Origin: Alphaproteobacteria bacterium
GTDB taxonomy: Bacteria > Pseudomonadota > Alphaproteobacteria > SP197
NCBI GenBank assembly: GCA_965200215.1
Contig: OZ241369.1
Coordinates: 1,387,071 to 1,451,070, forward strand
Direction: 5' to 3'
DNA length: 64,000 nt
The translations under genes and the position numbers were made by a program. Of the stretch, positions 27,007-36,137 are shown in pieces. The notes under the pieces were generated by a model. It made no database searches. It worked only from the letters and a program-made list of their open reading frames with translations, and was not told where the DNA came from. Numbering within the stretch: position 1 is the first letter of the stretch; each line of letters begins with the position of its first letter.

Positions 27007-27126
27007 GGCGGCCTCCGGGCAACGGCCCAGCCTAGCAGGGAACGGCGCCACGGCCAGCACGGCCGCGCCATGGCGCCAGGCGCCTGGCCGCGTTAGCGTT
27101 CGCCCTCCCGTCCGGTCGCACCCGTC

Positions 27127-28026
27127 ATGGCCCAGCATCCGCGCGCCTTCGGCGTTTCCGCCGCGATTCCGGCGGTCTTCGTCCTGTTGTGGAGCAGCGG
27201 CTTCGTCGCCGCCAAGATCGGGCTCGAGGCCAGCGGGCCGCTCACCTTCCTCGCCCTGCGCTTCGCCCTCGTCGCCGTCCTGATGCTGGCGGTGGTCCTC
27301 GTCATGCGCGCGCCCTGGCCGGCCAGCCGCCGCGAGCTGGGCCATCTGGCCGTGCTGGGGCTGACGATGCAGGCGCTCTATTTCGGCGGCGCCTGGGTCT
27401 CCATGGCGTCCGGCGTGGGCGCGGGCACCTCGGCGCTGATCGTCTCCATGCACCCGGTGGCGACGGCCCTGGCCGCCGGGCCGCTGCTGGGCGAGGCGGT
27501 GAGCCGCCGCCAGTGGCTGGGGCTGGCGGCGGGCTTCGCCGGCGTGGTGCTGGTGGTGGAAGAAAAGCTCGCGCAGGGGCTGGGCACGCCCGCCGGCATG
27601 GCGTGGTCGTTCGTCTCGCTGGCCGGCATCACCGCCGGCAGCTTCTATCAGAAGCGCTTCTGTCCGGCGATGGACCCGCGCACCGGCCCGCTGGTGCAGT
27701 TCGCCGCCGCCGCCGCCGTGCTGGCGCCGCTGGCGCTCCTCGTCGAGGGCGAACCGCCGGTGTGGAACGCCGCCTTCGTCGCCGCGCTGCTCTATGTCGC
27801 CGTCTTCCTGTCGCTGATCTCGATGGTGCTGCTCACCGTCATGATCGCCAGAGGCGAGGCGGCGCGGGTCGCCAGCCTGTTCTTCCTGCTGGCCCCGGTC
27901 ACCGCCGTCATGGGCTGGGCGGTGCTGGGCGAGACCATGGGCGCGACCGCCCTGGCCGGGATGGGCCTGGCGGCGGCCGGCGTGGCGCTGGCGGTCTGGC
28001 CCTCGCGCCGGGGCGGGCGGGCATGA
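27127..28026 (+). CDS. DMT/EamA family transporter
   Basis: FVLLWSSGF..AK, P.TFL.LRF; two EamA repeats, about 10 TM segments. Confidence 0.92.
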   Translation: MAQHPRAFGVSAAIPAVFVLLWSSGFVAAKIGLEASGPLTFLALRFALVAVLMLAVVLVMRAPWPASRRELGHLAVLGLTMQALYFGGAWVSMASGVGAGTSALIVSMHPVATALAAGPLLGEAVSRRQWLGLAAGFAGVVLVVEEKLAQGLGTPAGMAWSFVSLAGITAGSFYQKRFCPAMDPRTGPLVQFAAAAAVLAPLALLVEGEPPVWNAAFVAALLYVAVFLSLISMVLLTVMIARGEAARVASLFFLLAPVTAVMGWAVLGETMGATALAGMGLAAAGVALAVWPSRRGGRA

Positions 28027-29051
28027 GCCGGCGGCGGCTGGCCTGGATCGCCGCCACCCTGGCGCTGGGCGCCGCCGGCGGCTTCGCCTTCGATCTCGCC
28101 GGGATGCCGGCGGGGTGGCTGGCCGGGGCCATGGTGGCGGTGGCGCTGGCGGCGGTCGCCGGGCTGCCGGTCGACCTGCCCATGCCCATGCGCGATGTGG
28201 CCTTCGTCGTCCTGGGCGCGGTGCTGGGCGCCACCATGGACCGCAGCAGCCTGGCTTCGCTGCCCCAGTGGCCGGCGTCGGTCGCCGGGCTGCTGCTGGG
28301 CCTGGCGCTGCTGGTGACGGCGGTGCCGTACTATCTGCGGCGCGTCCACGGCATCGAGGCGGCGACGGCGCGCATGTGCGCCATCCCCGGCGCCCTGGGC
28401 TATGTCGTCGCCCTGGCGATGGAGTTCAGGGTCGATGCCCGCCGGGTCGCCATCCTGCACACGCTGCGCCTGGCCGTGCTGCTGACTCTGATCCCGGCCG
28501 TGGTGGCGCTGGCCCATGGCGAGGGCGCCGTTTCGCCGGCCGCCGCCGCGCCGCCGCTGGCTTGGCCCCAGGCGGCGGCGCTGCTGGCCGCCGCCTTCGC
28601 CGCCGTGCCGGTGGCCCGGCGCCTGCGCTTTCCGGCGCCCACCTTCCTGGCGCCGATGGTCCTGATGGCCGCCCTGCGCATGGCCGGCGTCGTCGAGGCG
28701 CCGCTGCCCCAGGCGCTGCTGTGGCCTTCCCTGGCGGTGAGCGGCGCCGTGGTCGGCTCGCGCTTCGCCGGCACCTCGCCCGCCTATCTCTTCGAGAGCG
28801 TCAAGGCCGGGCTGGGCGGCATCGCGCTGGCCATCGCCCTGATGGGGCTGGTGGCTTGGCCGGTGGCGGCGGCGACGCGGCTTCCCTTCGTGCAGGTCTG
28901 GCTCGCCTATGCGCCGGGCGGCTTCGACGCCATGCCGGTGCTGGCCTTCTCGCTGGGCCTCGATCCCGCCTTCGTGGCCGGCCACCAGCTGATCCGCTTT
29001 CTGGCCATCAGCGCCGTTCTGCCGTTCCTGTTCCGCCCGCCGCCGCCGTGA
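28023..29051 (+). CDS. AbrB family (AidB-regulator-like) membrane protein
   Basis: P.GWL.GAM, IPGAL, H..RL, LAYAPGG..AM, H..IR; ATGA overlap. Confidence 0.85.
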   Translation: MSRRRLAWIAATLALGAAGGFAFDLAGMPAGWLAGAMVAVALAAVAGLPVDLPMPMRDVAFVVLGAVLGATMDRSSLASLPQWPASVAGLLLGLALLVTAVPYYLRRVHGIEAATARMCAIPGALGYVVALAMEFRVDARRVAILHTLRLAVLLTLIPAVVALAHGEGAVSPAAAAPPLAWPQAAALLAAAFAAVPVARRLRFPAPTFLAPMVLMAALRMAGVVEAPLPQALLWPSLAVSGAVVGSRFAGTSPAYLFESVKAGLGGIALAIALMGLVAWPVAAATRLPFVQVWLAYAPGGFDAMPVLAFSLGLDPAFVAGHQLIRFLAISAVLPFLFRPPPP

Positions 29052-29058
29052 GCCGCGC

Positions 29059-30591
29059 TCAGCCGTCGGTGACGCCGCCTTCGGCCTTGCGGCGGGCGAC
29101 ATAGGCCTCGAGCTCCTCGCGGATCGCCGCATCGAGCGGCGGCGCCTCGAACTCGGCCAGCAGCCGCTTCCAGATGGCGTTGGCGCGCCTGGCGGCGTCG
29201 GGGGCGCCCGCCTCGGTCCAGCTTTCGAAATTGCGCCAGTCCGACAGCATGGGGGCATAGAAGGCGTCGCGATAGCGCTCCAGGGTGTGCCTGGCCCCGA
29301 AGAAATGGCCGCCCGGCCCCACCTCGGCCATGGCGTCGATGCCGATCTCGTCGTCGTCGACGGCGATGGGCCGCAGGGTCTCGAACATGCCCTGGATCAT
29401 CTCGGCATCGACGATCATCTTCTCGAAGCTCGCCACCAGGCCGCCCTCCAGCCAGCCGGCGCCGTGGTGGATGAGGTTGCCATGGGCCATGAAGGCCGCC
29501 CACAGCGACATGCCGCTTTCATAGGCGGCCTGGGCGTCCACGGCGTTGGAAGCGTTGACGTTGCTGGTGCGGAAGGGCAGGCGATAGCGCCTGGCCAGCT
29601 GGCCGCCGGCCAGCGTCGCCTTGACGTATTCCGGCGTCCCGAAGGCCGGCGCGCCGGACTTCATGTCGACATTGCTGGTGAAGCCGCCATAGAGCGACGG
29701 GTTGCCGGGCCGCACCAGCTGCACCAGCACCAGGCCCGCCAGCGCCTCCGCGTTCTGCTGCGCCAGGGCGCCGGCCAGGGTGCTGGGCGCCATCGCCCCC
29801 AGCAGGGTGAAGGGGGTGATGGCCACCGCCTGGCCGGCGCGGGCCATCTCGATCAGCCCCTGGCTCATCGGCTCGTCGAGGCGCAGCGGCGAGTTGGTGT
29901 TGATCAGCGTGATGAGGCCCGGCTTCTCCCGCATCTCGTCCGTGGAAATGCCGCGCGCGATGCGGTTCATCTCGATGCCGTCGCGGCTGCGCTGGGCGCC
30001 CAGGGCATAGGTGCGCCACACCCGGTCGCTGTCGGCGATGAAGGTCATGTAGCAGTCGAGATGGCGGGTGGAGACCGGCAGATCGACGGGTTCCACCGGA
30101 TAGCCGGCGAAGAGATGGACGCAGTTGAGGCTGGCGGCGACCCTCACCAGGGCGCGGAAATCCGCGAAGCTGCCCACCCGCCGCCCGCCGTCGAGATCGG
30201 AGCAGTTGGGCGGGCTGGAGACCGCCGCCATGGCGATGCGGTTGCCGCCCAGGGTGACGTGGCGGCCCTCGGCGCGGCCGTAGAGCGTGAATTGCGACGG
30301 CGCCGACGCCAGCCGCTCCATCACCAGGGCGCGGTCCAGGCGCACCCGCCTGGTCCCCTCGTCCACCCGCGCGCCGCCCTCGCGATAGATGCGCCTGGCC
30401 TCGGCCCCCAGCACCTCCATGCCCAGCTCTTCCAGCACGGTCAGCGAGGCCTCGTGGATGTGCTCCAGCTGATCGGCGCTCAGCACCTCCATGGGGGGGA
30501 AGGGGTTTTCCACCCGCCGCCAGGGGAGCTGCTGGATGCCCGGCCGCCGGGGCCTGGCGGCGCGGCGCCTGCGGGTGGGTGAGGCGGCCAT
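29059..30591 (-). CDS. trimethylamine methyltransferase (MttB) superfamily, non-pyrrolysine
   Basis: N.NSPL, TPFTL.GAMAP...AGALAQQNAE, YGGFTSNVDMKSGAPAFGTPE, H.AGWLEGG, GPGGHFFG. Confidence 0.93.
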   Translation of the reverse strand: MAASPTRRRRAARPRRPGIQQLPWRRVENPFPPMEVLSADQLEHIHEASLTVLEELGMEVLGAEARRIYREGGARVDEGTRRVRLDRALVMERLASAPSQFTLYGRAEGRHVTLGGNRIAMAAVSSPPNCSDLDGGRRVGSFADFRALVRVAASLNCVHLFAGYPVEPVDLPVSTRHLDCYMTFIADSDRVWRTYALGAQRSRDGIEMNRIARGISTDEMREKPGLITLINTNSPLRLDEPMSQGLIEMARAGQAVAITPFTLLGAMAPSTLAGALAQQNAEALAGLVLVQLVRPGNPSLYGGFTSNVDMKSGAPAFGTPEYVKATLAGGQLARRYRLPFRTSNVNASNAVDAQAAYESGMSLWAAFMAHGNLIHHGAGWLEGGLVASFEKMIVDAEMIQGMFETLRPIAVDDDEIGIDAMAEVGPGGHFFGARHTLERYRDAFYAPMLSDWRNFESWTEAGAPDAARRANAIWKRLLAEFEAPPLDAAIREELEAYVARRKAEGGVTDG

Positions 30592-30620
30592 GGGCGGCTC
30601 CGATCGCGGGGACGCGCAGC

Positions 30621-32003
30621 TTAGGCAGGGCCGCCGCGCCGGGCAATCTCCTCCCGGCGGCGGGCGACGAAGGCCGTCAATGCGTCAGATATGGACGCAT
30701 CCAGAGGCGGCGGCTCGTAGGCCGCCAGCAGCGCCGCCGCCTCGGCGCCCGCCGCCGCCGCCGCTTCCACAGGGCGCCGGGCGGGGCCGTCCAGGGCCGC
30801 GGGTTCCAGCATCGCCGCCACCGCCTCGATGGCCCGGGCGTCCAGCACCATCTTCTCGAAGCTCGCCACCAGGCCGCCTTCCAGCCAGCCGGCGCCGTGC
30901 AGAACGATGTTGGCGTGCCCCAGCACCGCCGCCATCAGCGACATGGCGCTCTCCCAGCCCGCCTGGGCGTCCACGGCGTTGGAGGCGTTGGCGTTGCTGG
31001 AGCGGTAGGGCAGGCCGTTCAGCCGCGCCAGCTGGCCGCCGGCCAGCGCCGCCCTGGCATATTCCGGCGTGCCGAAGGCGGGCGCGCCGGACTTCATGTC
31101 GACATTGCTGGTGAAGCCGCCATAGACCGCCGGCGCGCCGGGGCTGGCCAGCTGCACCAGCGCGATGCCGGCCAGGGCCTCGGCGTTCTGCTGGGCCAGC
31201 GCCCCCGCCAGGCTGGCCGGCGCCATGGCGCCTGCCAGGGTGAAGGGCGTGACGATCACCGGCTGGCGGTATTCGGCCATGGTCAGCAGGCCGTCCAGCA
31301 TGGGGGTATCGAAGCGCAGCGGCGAGTTGGCGTTGACCACCGAGACGATGCCCGGCGCGGCCTTCAGCGCCTGCGTGGAGATGCCGCGCCCGATGGCGGC
31401 GATTTCGATGGCGTCGCGGATGCGCCAGGCGCCCAGCGAATAGGCGTGCCAGGCGCGGTCGGTCAGGGTGACGAAGGCGGCCAGGCAGTCGAGATGGCGG
31501 CTGGCGGCGGGGAGGTCGGTCGCCTCCACCGGATAGCCGCCGAAGAAGTGCAGGGCGTTCAGGCTCTGGCCCAGCCGCAGGAAGTCGCAGTAATCGGCGA
31601 AGCTGCCCGCCCGGCGCCGCCCGTCCAGGCCGCGCGCGAAGGGCGGGCTGGCGACCGGGCAGAAGGCGATGTGCCGGCCGCCGATGACCACGCTGCGGGC
31701 GGGGTTGCGGGCGTGCAGCCGGAAGCCGGCGGGCGCCCTGGCCACCGCCTCGGCGATCAGCGCCCGGTCGAAGCGCACCCGCCGGGAGTCGGGGTCGACG
31801 TCGGCGCCGGCGGCGGCCAGCCGGGCGAGCGCGCCCTCGTGCAGGAACTCGACGCCGATCTCCTCCAGCACCCGCAGCGAACGATCCTGGACGAAGGCGA
31901 GCTCGTCCTCGGAGAGCGGGGCCAGCGGCGCGAAGGGGTTTTCCACCTGGCGCCAGGGCGCCTGGCGCAGCTCGCCGGGCCGGGCGGAAGGCGGATTCTT
32001 CAT
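30621..32003 (-). CDS. second MttB-superfamily protein with a C-terminal internal deletion
   Basis: same core motifs; lacks the GPGGHFFG...SDWRNFESW block; start uncertain (ATG lies within repeat C). Confidence 0.85.
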   Translation of the reverse strand: MKNPPSARPGELRQAPWRQVENPFAPLAPLSEDELAFVQDRSLRVLEEIGVEFLHEGALARLAAAGADVDPDSRRVRFDRALIAEAVARAPAGFRLHARNPARSVVIGGRHIAFCPVASPPFARGLDGRRRAGSFADYCDFLRLGQSLNALHFFGGYPVEATDLPAASRHLDCLAAFVTLTDRAWHAYSLGAWRIRDAIEIAAIGRGISTQALKAAPGIVSVVNANSPLRFDTPMLDGLLTMAEYRQPVIVTPFTLAGAMAPASLAGALAQQNAEALAGIALVQLASPGAPAVYGGFTSNVDMKSGAPAFGTPEYARAALAGGQLARLNGLPYRSSNANASNAVDAQAGWESAMSLMAAVLGHANIVLHGAGWLEGGLVASFEKMVLDARAIEAVAAMLEPAALDGPARRPVEAAAAAGAEAAALLAAYEPPPLDASISDALTAFVARRREEIARRGGPA

Positions 32004-32094
32004 GGCGCTCGCCACGCCAGCGGGAGGCAGGTTTTCATGGCGCTTGCCACGCCAGCGGGAAGCGCCTCTTTCATGGCGCGCGGGCGGTGGGTGT

Positions 32095-32168
32095 GGCGCC
32101 TGGCGGCGGGGAGCGGTGCGTTGGCGGGCCTGCGGCCCGTTTGCCGGCGGGACGCCGGCGCTCCCAGG
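32095..32168 (+). repeat. repeat family B (74 bp)
   Basis: GGCGCCTGG...CGGGCC-TGC-GGCCCG TTT GCCGGCG-GGA-CGCCGGC GCTCCCAGG. Confidence 0.9.
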
Positions 32169-32254
32169 GGGGCGCGGGTGGTGGCGGTGGTGCCTGGCGA
32201 CGGAGGGTGAGGCGTGGTGCCGGTAGCCAGTGGCCGGGCGCCGGTGGTGCGAGC

Positions 32255-32328
32255 GGTGCCCGGTGGCGGGGGCCGGTGCGTTGACGGGCCTGCGGCCCGT
32301 GTGCCGGCGGGACGCCGGCGCTCCCAGG
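32255..32328 (+). repeat. repeat family B (74 bp)
   Basis: GGTGCCCGG...ACGGGCC-TGC-GGCCCGT GT GCCGGCG-GGA-CGCCGGC GCTCCCAGG. Confidence 0.9.
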
Positions 32329-32368
32329 GGGCGGGGCGCTCGGTCGGTGCCTGGGGGACGGGACGCCT

Positions 32369-32415
32369 GGGGTGGTGGCAAACGGCACCTGCCCATTTTC
32401 AAACCGAGGCGCTGC
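32369..32415 (+). repeat. subterminal motif plus 19-bp arm, shared with 17450-17496
   Basis: GGGGTGGTGGCAAACGGCACCTGCCCATTTTCAAACCGAGGCGCTGC versus GGGGTGGCGGCAAACGGCACCTGCCCATTTTCAAACCGGGGCACTAC. Confidence 0.88.
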
Positions 32416-32574
32416 CGGCGCTTGCCATGCCGGGCGGAAAGCGGTTTCCTGGCGGCGCCTGCCGCGCCGCGCGGGAAGCGGGCTTTTACGGCGCTTGCCA
32501 CGCCAGCGGGAGGCGACTCTTTCATGGCGCCTGCCACGCCAGCGGGAGGCGCTGGTGCCGGAAAGGAGGGAAGG

Positions 32575-33081
32575 ATGATCCGCACGCTGCTCGTCGCCGC
32601 CTGCCTCGCCATGGGCCTGCAAACGGCAGCCGGGACGACTCCGGCCGCCACCGCCGTCAACGTCACCCCGGACGGCGTCGCCATCGGCGGCTTCGACCCG
32701 GTGGCCTATTTCAGCGAAGGCCGCGCCGTGGAGGGCAGGGAAGATCTCGCCCATGTCTGGCAGGGCGCCCGCTGGTTGTTCGCCTCGCCCGAACACCGCG
32801 ACCGCTTCGCCACCGCCCCCGAGGCCTATGCGCCCCAATTCGGCGGCTGGTGCGCCTTCGCGCTTTCCCGGGGCCGCTACGCCGCCGAGGTGGATCCCGC
32901 CCAGGCCTGGACGGTGCGGGACGGCCAGCTGTTCCTGAACTGGAGCCCGGGGGTGCGCGACCGCTGGCTGGACGACGACGACGCCATCGCCACCGGGCGC
33001 GGCAACTGGCCCCATGTCGAGGCCGCCATCCTGGACGGCACGGTCCGCTACAGCCGCAAGCCCGACTCGCCCTGGAATTAG
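32575..33081 (+). CDS. exported YHS-domain protein
   Basis: AAGGAGG RBS, signal peptide, AI.GFDPVAYF, W.FAS..HRDRF...PE.YAPQFGGWCA. Confidence 0.9.
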   Translation: MIRTLLVAACLAMGLQTAAGTTPAATAVNVTPDGVAIGGFDPVAYFSEGRAVEGREDLAHVWQGARWLFASPEHRDRFATAPEAYAPQFGGWCAFALSRGRYAAEVDPAQAWTVRDGQLFLNWSPGVRDRWLDDDDAIATGRGNWPHVEAAILDGTVRYSRKPDSPWN

Positions 33082-33107
33082 CCCCGCCCGGGGCGCGCCG
33101 GCCGCCT

Positions 33108-34787
33108 TCACGGGCGCTCGCCATCCCCGGCGGGCGGCGGGGCCGACGGGGCCAGCGGCGCCCTGGCGCGGACGGCATCGGCCAGCTTCTCGGCGATCAT
33201 GGTCACCGGCGCGTTGAGATTGGCGGTGACGTTGTGGGGCATGATCGAGGCGTCGATCACGCGCAGGCCCTCGGTTTCGTGAACGCGGCCTTCGCCGTCG
33301 GTCGCCGAATCGTCGCCCGTGCCCATGCGGCAGGTGGAGGAGGGGTGGTATTCGGTCTCGCCCGCCTGCCGCAGCCAGGCCAGGATGTCGGCGTCGCTGC
33401 GGACGTCGCCGCCCGGCGCCACCTCGTGGCTGCGGAAGGGGTCGAAGGCGGGCTGCGCCGCCATCTCGCGGCTCCGGCGCAGGCCCTCGATCAGCGCCCG
33501 CCGGTCGGCCGCGGCGTCGAGATAGTTGAACAGGATTTCGGGATGGCGGCGGGGGTCCGGGGAGGCCAGCCGCACATGGCCGCGGCTCTGCGGGCGCATC
33601 AGGCCCATGGAGAACATGTAGCCGTGATCGACCCGCGCCTTCTCGGCGCCGCTGAAGGCCATCATGGCGTAGAACTCGTGCTGGAGGTCGACATAGTCCG
33701 CCTCGGGCGAGGAAGCGAAGAAGCAGCCGCTTTCGGTGAGGATGGAGGTGCCGGGGCCGGTCCTGAACAGCAGCCACTCCAGGCCCAGCCGCGCCCGGCC
33801 GGCGGGTGTCAGATGGCGGGCGAAGGAGATCGGCCGCTTCGAGGCGTAGCGGATCTCGGCGATGATGTGGTCCTCCAGATGGCGGCCCACCGCCGGCACC
33901 TCGGCCACGCAGGCGATGCCGTGGCGGCCGAGCTCGCGCCGGCAGCCCACGCCCGAAAGCAGCAGCAGCTGCGGCGAGGCGATGGCACCGCCGCACAGCA
34001 GCACCTCGCGGGCGGCCTCCACGCGGCACGGCTCGCCCGCCCGCTCCACCTCCACGCCCACCGCCCGGCGCCCCGAGAACAGCACGCGCCGCGCCCGCGC
34101 GCCGGTCCACAGCACCAGGCCGGGGCGGCCCATAGCGGGCCCGAGATAGGCGTCGGCCGCGCTCCAGCGCCGCCCGCGGCGGGTGAAGCTCTGGGCGACG
34201 TGGAAGCCCTCCTGGCGGGCGCCGTTGTGATCGCGGGCGATGCCGTAGCCCGCCTGGCGCCCGGCCTCCAGAAAGGCCCGGTCGAAGGGGTGGCGGGCAG
34301 GGCAGACCTCGATCGACTGCGGCCCGTCGCCGCCCCGCCAGGGGCTGGCCGGGCCGGCGAAGCTCTCCAGGCGCCGGAAATAGGGCAGGCAATGGGCGAA
34401 GGACCAGCCTTGCAGCCCGGCGCGCGCCCAGGCGTCGTAATCGCGGGCGTTGCCGCGGTTGGCGACCATGCCGTTGATCGACGACGAGCCGCCCAGCACC
34501 CGCCCCCGGTGCTGGCGGATGCGCCGCCCGTTCAGTCCGGGTTCCGGCTGCGAGAGATAGCCCCAGTCGAAGCGGGGATCGCGGGCCGCCAGCGGGCAGG
34601 CGGCCGGCATGCGGATGCGGATGCTGCGATCGCCGCCGCCAGCCTCCAGCAGCAGCACGCGCAGGCCGGCATCCTCGCTCAGCCGGCTGGCCAGCACGCA
34701 GCCGGCGGTGCCGGCGCCGACGATGACGTAATCGAAGGCCCGCAGGGCGCGGCCCGTGCCGCCGGGGGAGCTTGTCTTCGCGGCCAT
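33108..34787 (-). CDS. GMC oxidoreductase (choline dehydrogenase-like)
   Basis: FDYVIVGAGTAGC.LA.RL, GRVLGGSSSINGM, SPQLLLLSGVG, YHP..TCRMG, LRVIDASIMP, N.NAP..MIAEK. Confidence 0.93.
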   Translation of the reverse strand: MAAKTSSPGGTGRALRAFDYVIVGAGTAGCVLASRLSEDAGLRVLLLEAGGGDRSIRIRMPAACPLAARDPRFDWGYLSQPEPGLNGRRIRQHRGRVLGGSSSINGMVANRGNARDYDAWARAGLQGWSFAHCLPYFRRLESFAGPASPWRGGDGPQSIEVCPARHPFDRAFLEAGRQAGYGIARDHNGARQEGFHVAQSFTRRGRRWSAADAYLGPAMGRPGLVLWTGARARRVLFSGRRAVGVEVERAGEPCRVEAAREVLLCGGAIASPQLLLLSGVGCRRELGRHGIACVAEVPAVGRHLEDHIIAEIRYASKRPISFARHLTPAGRARLGLEWLLFRTGPGTSILTESGCFFASSPEADYVDLQHEFYAMMAFSGAEKARVDHGYMFSMGLMRPQSRGHVRLASPDPRRHPEILFNYLDAAADRRALIEGLRRSREMAAQPAFDPFRSHEVAPGGDVRSDADILAWLRQAGETEYHPSSTCRMGTGDDSATDGEGRVHETEGLRVIDASIMPHNVTANLNAPVTMIAEKLADAVRARAPLAPSAPPPAGDGERP

Positions 34788-34846
34788 GATGGGCCAGCGT
34801 GGCGCCGATCGCCTGCCCGCTCAACCCTTTCGCCACCGCCCCTGCC

Positions 34847-36040
34847 GTGAATCCTGCGCTCCGCCAGCCGGCCTTCGCCCGCCTGTGGCTCTGCGTGCTG
34901 GCCAGCTACGTGAGCTTCGGCGGCGATTTCGTGCTGGTGGGCTGGCTGGCCCAGGCGGTGACCGGCGATCCCGGCTGGGTGGGGGCGGCCTTCGCGCTGC
35001 TGTTCCTGCCCCTGGCCCTGCTGGGCGCGCCGGCCGGCAGCACGGCCGACCGTTTCGACCGCCACCGCCTGCTGAAGGCGCTGGAGCTGGTGGCGGCGGC
35101 GGTCATGGTGGCGGCCGCCGCCGCCTTCGCGCTGGGCGAGGCGGGGCTCGTTCATGTGCTGGCGATGCCGCTGGCTCTGGGCGTGGTGCGGGCGCTGCAA
35201 AACCCGGTCCGGCTCGCCCTGGCCTACGACATCGCCGGCCCCGGCCAGGCGACGGTGGCCCTGGCGGCCATCAGCGTCGCCATGCGGCTGGGCATGATAG
35301 CGGGCGCGCCGGCGGCCGGCGCCCTGGCGGAGGCCTTCGGTATGAGCGAGGCCTTCCTGTTCATGGCCGGCGCCCATCTCGCCGCCTGGGCGGCGCTGGA
35401 CCGGCGCGGCCCCGCCGCCAGCGGCCAGGTCAGGGACCCGGCGCCGCTGCTGCGCAATCTCCGCGAGAGCGCGGCCGAACTGAGGCGCAACCGGGTGCTG
35501 CTGGCGCTGGTGCTGACGACAGCGGCCATCGAGGTGTTCGGCACCTCGTTCTCCACCCTGGTGCCGCAGCTGGTGGAAAGCCGGCTTTCCCTGGGCGCCG
35601 AAGGGCTGGGCTGGATGTTCGCGGCGCAGGCCGGCGGCGCGCTGCTGGCGGGGCTCGCCTTCATCGTCCGCCCGCCCGGGCGCCGCCTGGCGACCACCTA
35701 TGGCGCCGTCGTGCTGGCGCTGGCGGCGGGCATCGCGCTGCTGGCCTGGGCGGCGGACATGGCCGCCATGCTGGCGGTGATGGCGCTGATCGCCGGGGCC
35801 ATCGGCGCCTGGGACATCCTGACCCAGAGCATGGTGCAGCTGGCGGTGCCCAACCGCCTGCGCGGGCGCGCCATGGGCGTCTGGGTGTTCGCTATCGGCT
35901 CGGCGCCGCTGGGCCATCTCCAGATCGGCCTGCTGGCGACCGCCATCGGCACCGGCCCGGCGCTGCTGGCCAACGGCCTGGCGGTGGCGGCGACCGTCGC
36001 CCTCGCCTTCTCGCTGTCGCGCTCGCTGCGCCGCCTGTGA
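34847..36040 (+). CDS. MFS transporter
   Basis: AG..ADRFDR motif A, VP..LRGRAMG, about 12 hydrophobic segments; start uncertain (34799 or 34847). Confidence 0.88.
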   Translation: MNPALRQPAFARLWLCVLASYVSFGGDFVLVGWLAQAVTGDPGWVGAAFALLFLPLALLGAPAGSTADRFDRHRLLKALELVAAAVMVAAAAAFALGEAGLVHVLAMPLALGVVRALQNPVRLALAYDIAGPGQATVALAAISVAMRLGMIAGAPAAGALAEAFGMSEAFLFMAGAHLAAWAALDRRGPAASGQVRDPAPLLRNLRESAAELRRNRVLLALVLTTAAIEVFGTSFSTLVPQLVESRLSLGAEGLGWMFAAQAGGALLAGLAFIVRPPGRRLATTYGAVVLALAAGIALLAWAADMAAMLAVMALIAGAIGAWDILTQSMVQLAVPNRLRGRAMGVWVFAIGSAPLGHLQIGLLATAIGTGPALLANGLAVAATVALAFSLSRSLRRL

Positions 36041-36137
36041 GAACGCGGCGCGGTTCGCGGCCGCACCCCGGCGGTGTATAGAGGGAAGGCGTATCCACGG
36101 GCGCGGCTTTCGATGCCCGCATGGGGAGACCGCGTCG

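Larger units (their letters stand above)
31999..32552. repeat. repeat family C: about 35-bp tandem array, interrupted by two B elements and a terminal arm
   Basis: TTCATGGCGCTTGCCACGCCAGCGGGAGGC-type units at 31999, 32034, 32070 (partial), about 32416 and 32451 (degenerate), 32486 and 32521. Confidence 0.85.

Noticed and set aside
29059-32003. Pyrrolysine recoding in the mttB genes
   Set aside because: Both frames are open with no in-frame TAG, and no pyl genes are present.
30621-32684. 687-aa MttB with a long N-terminal extension
   Set aside because: The extension is translated repeat DNA and overlaps the divergent YHS gene; homology begins near 32003.
17576-33081. Selenocysteine in the DUF3179 (17576-18574) and YHS (32575-33081) proteins
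   Set aside because: Both have Cys codons at the candidate positions (CPLC, GWCA) and no in-frame TGA.
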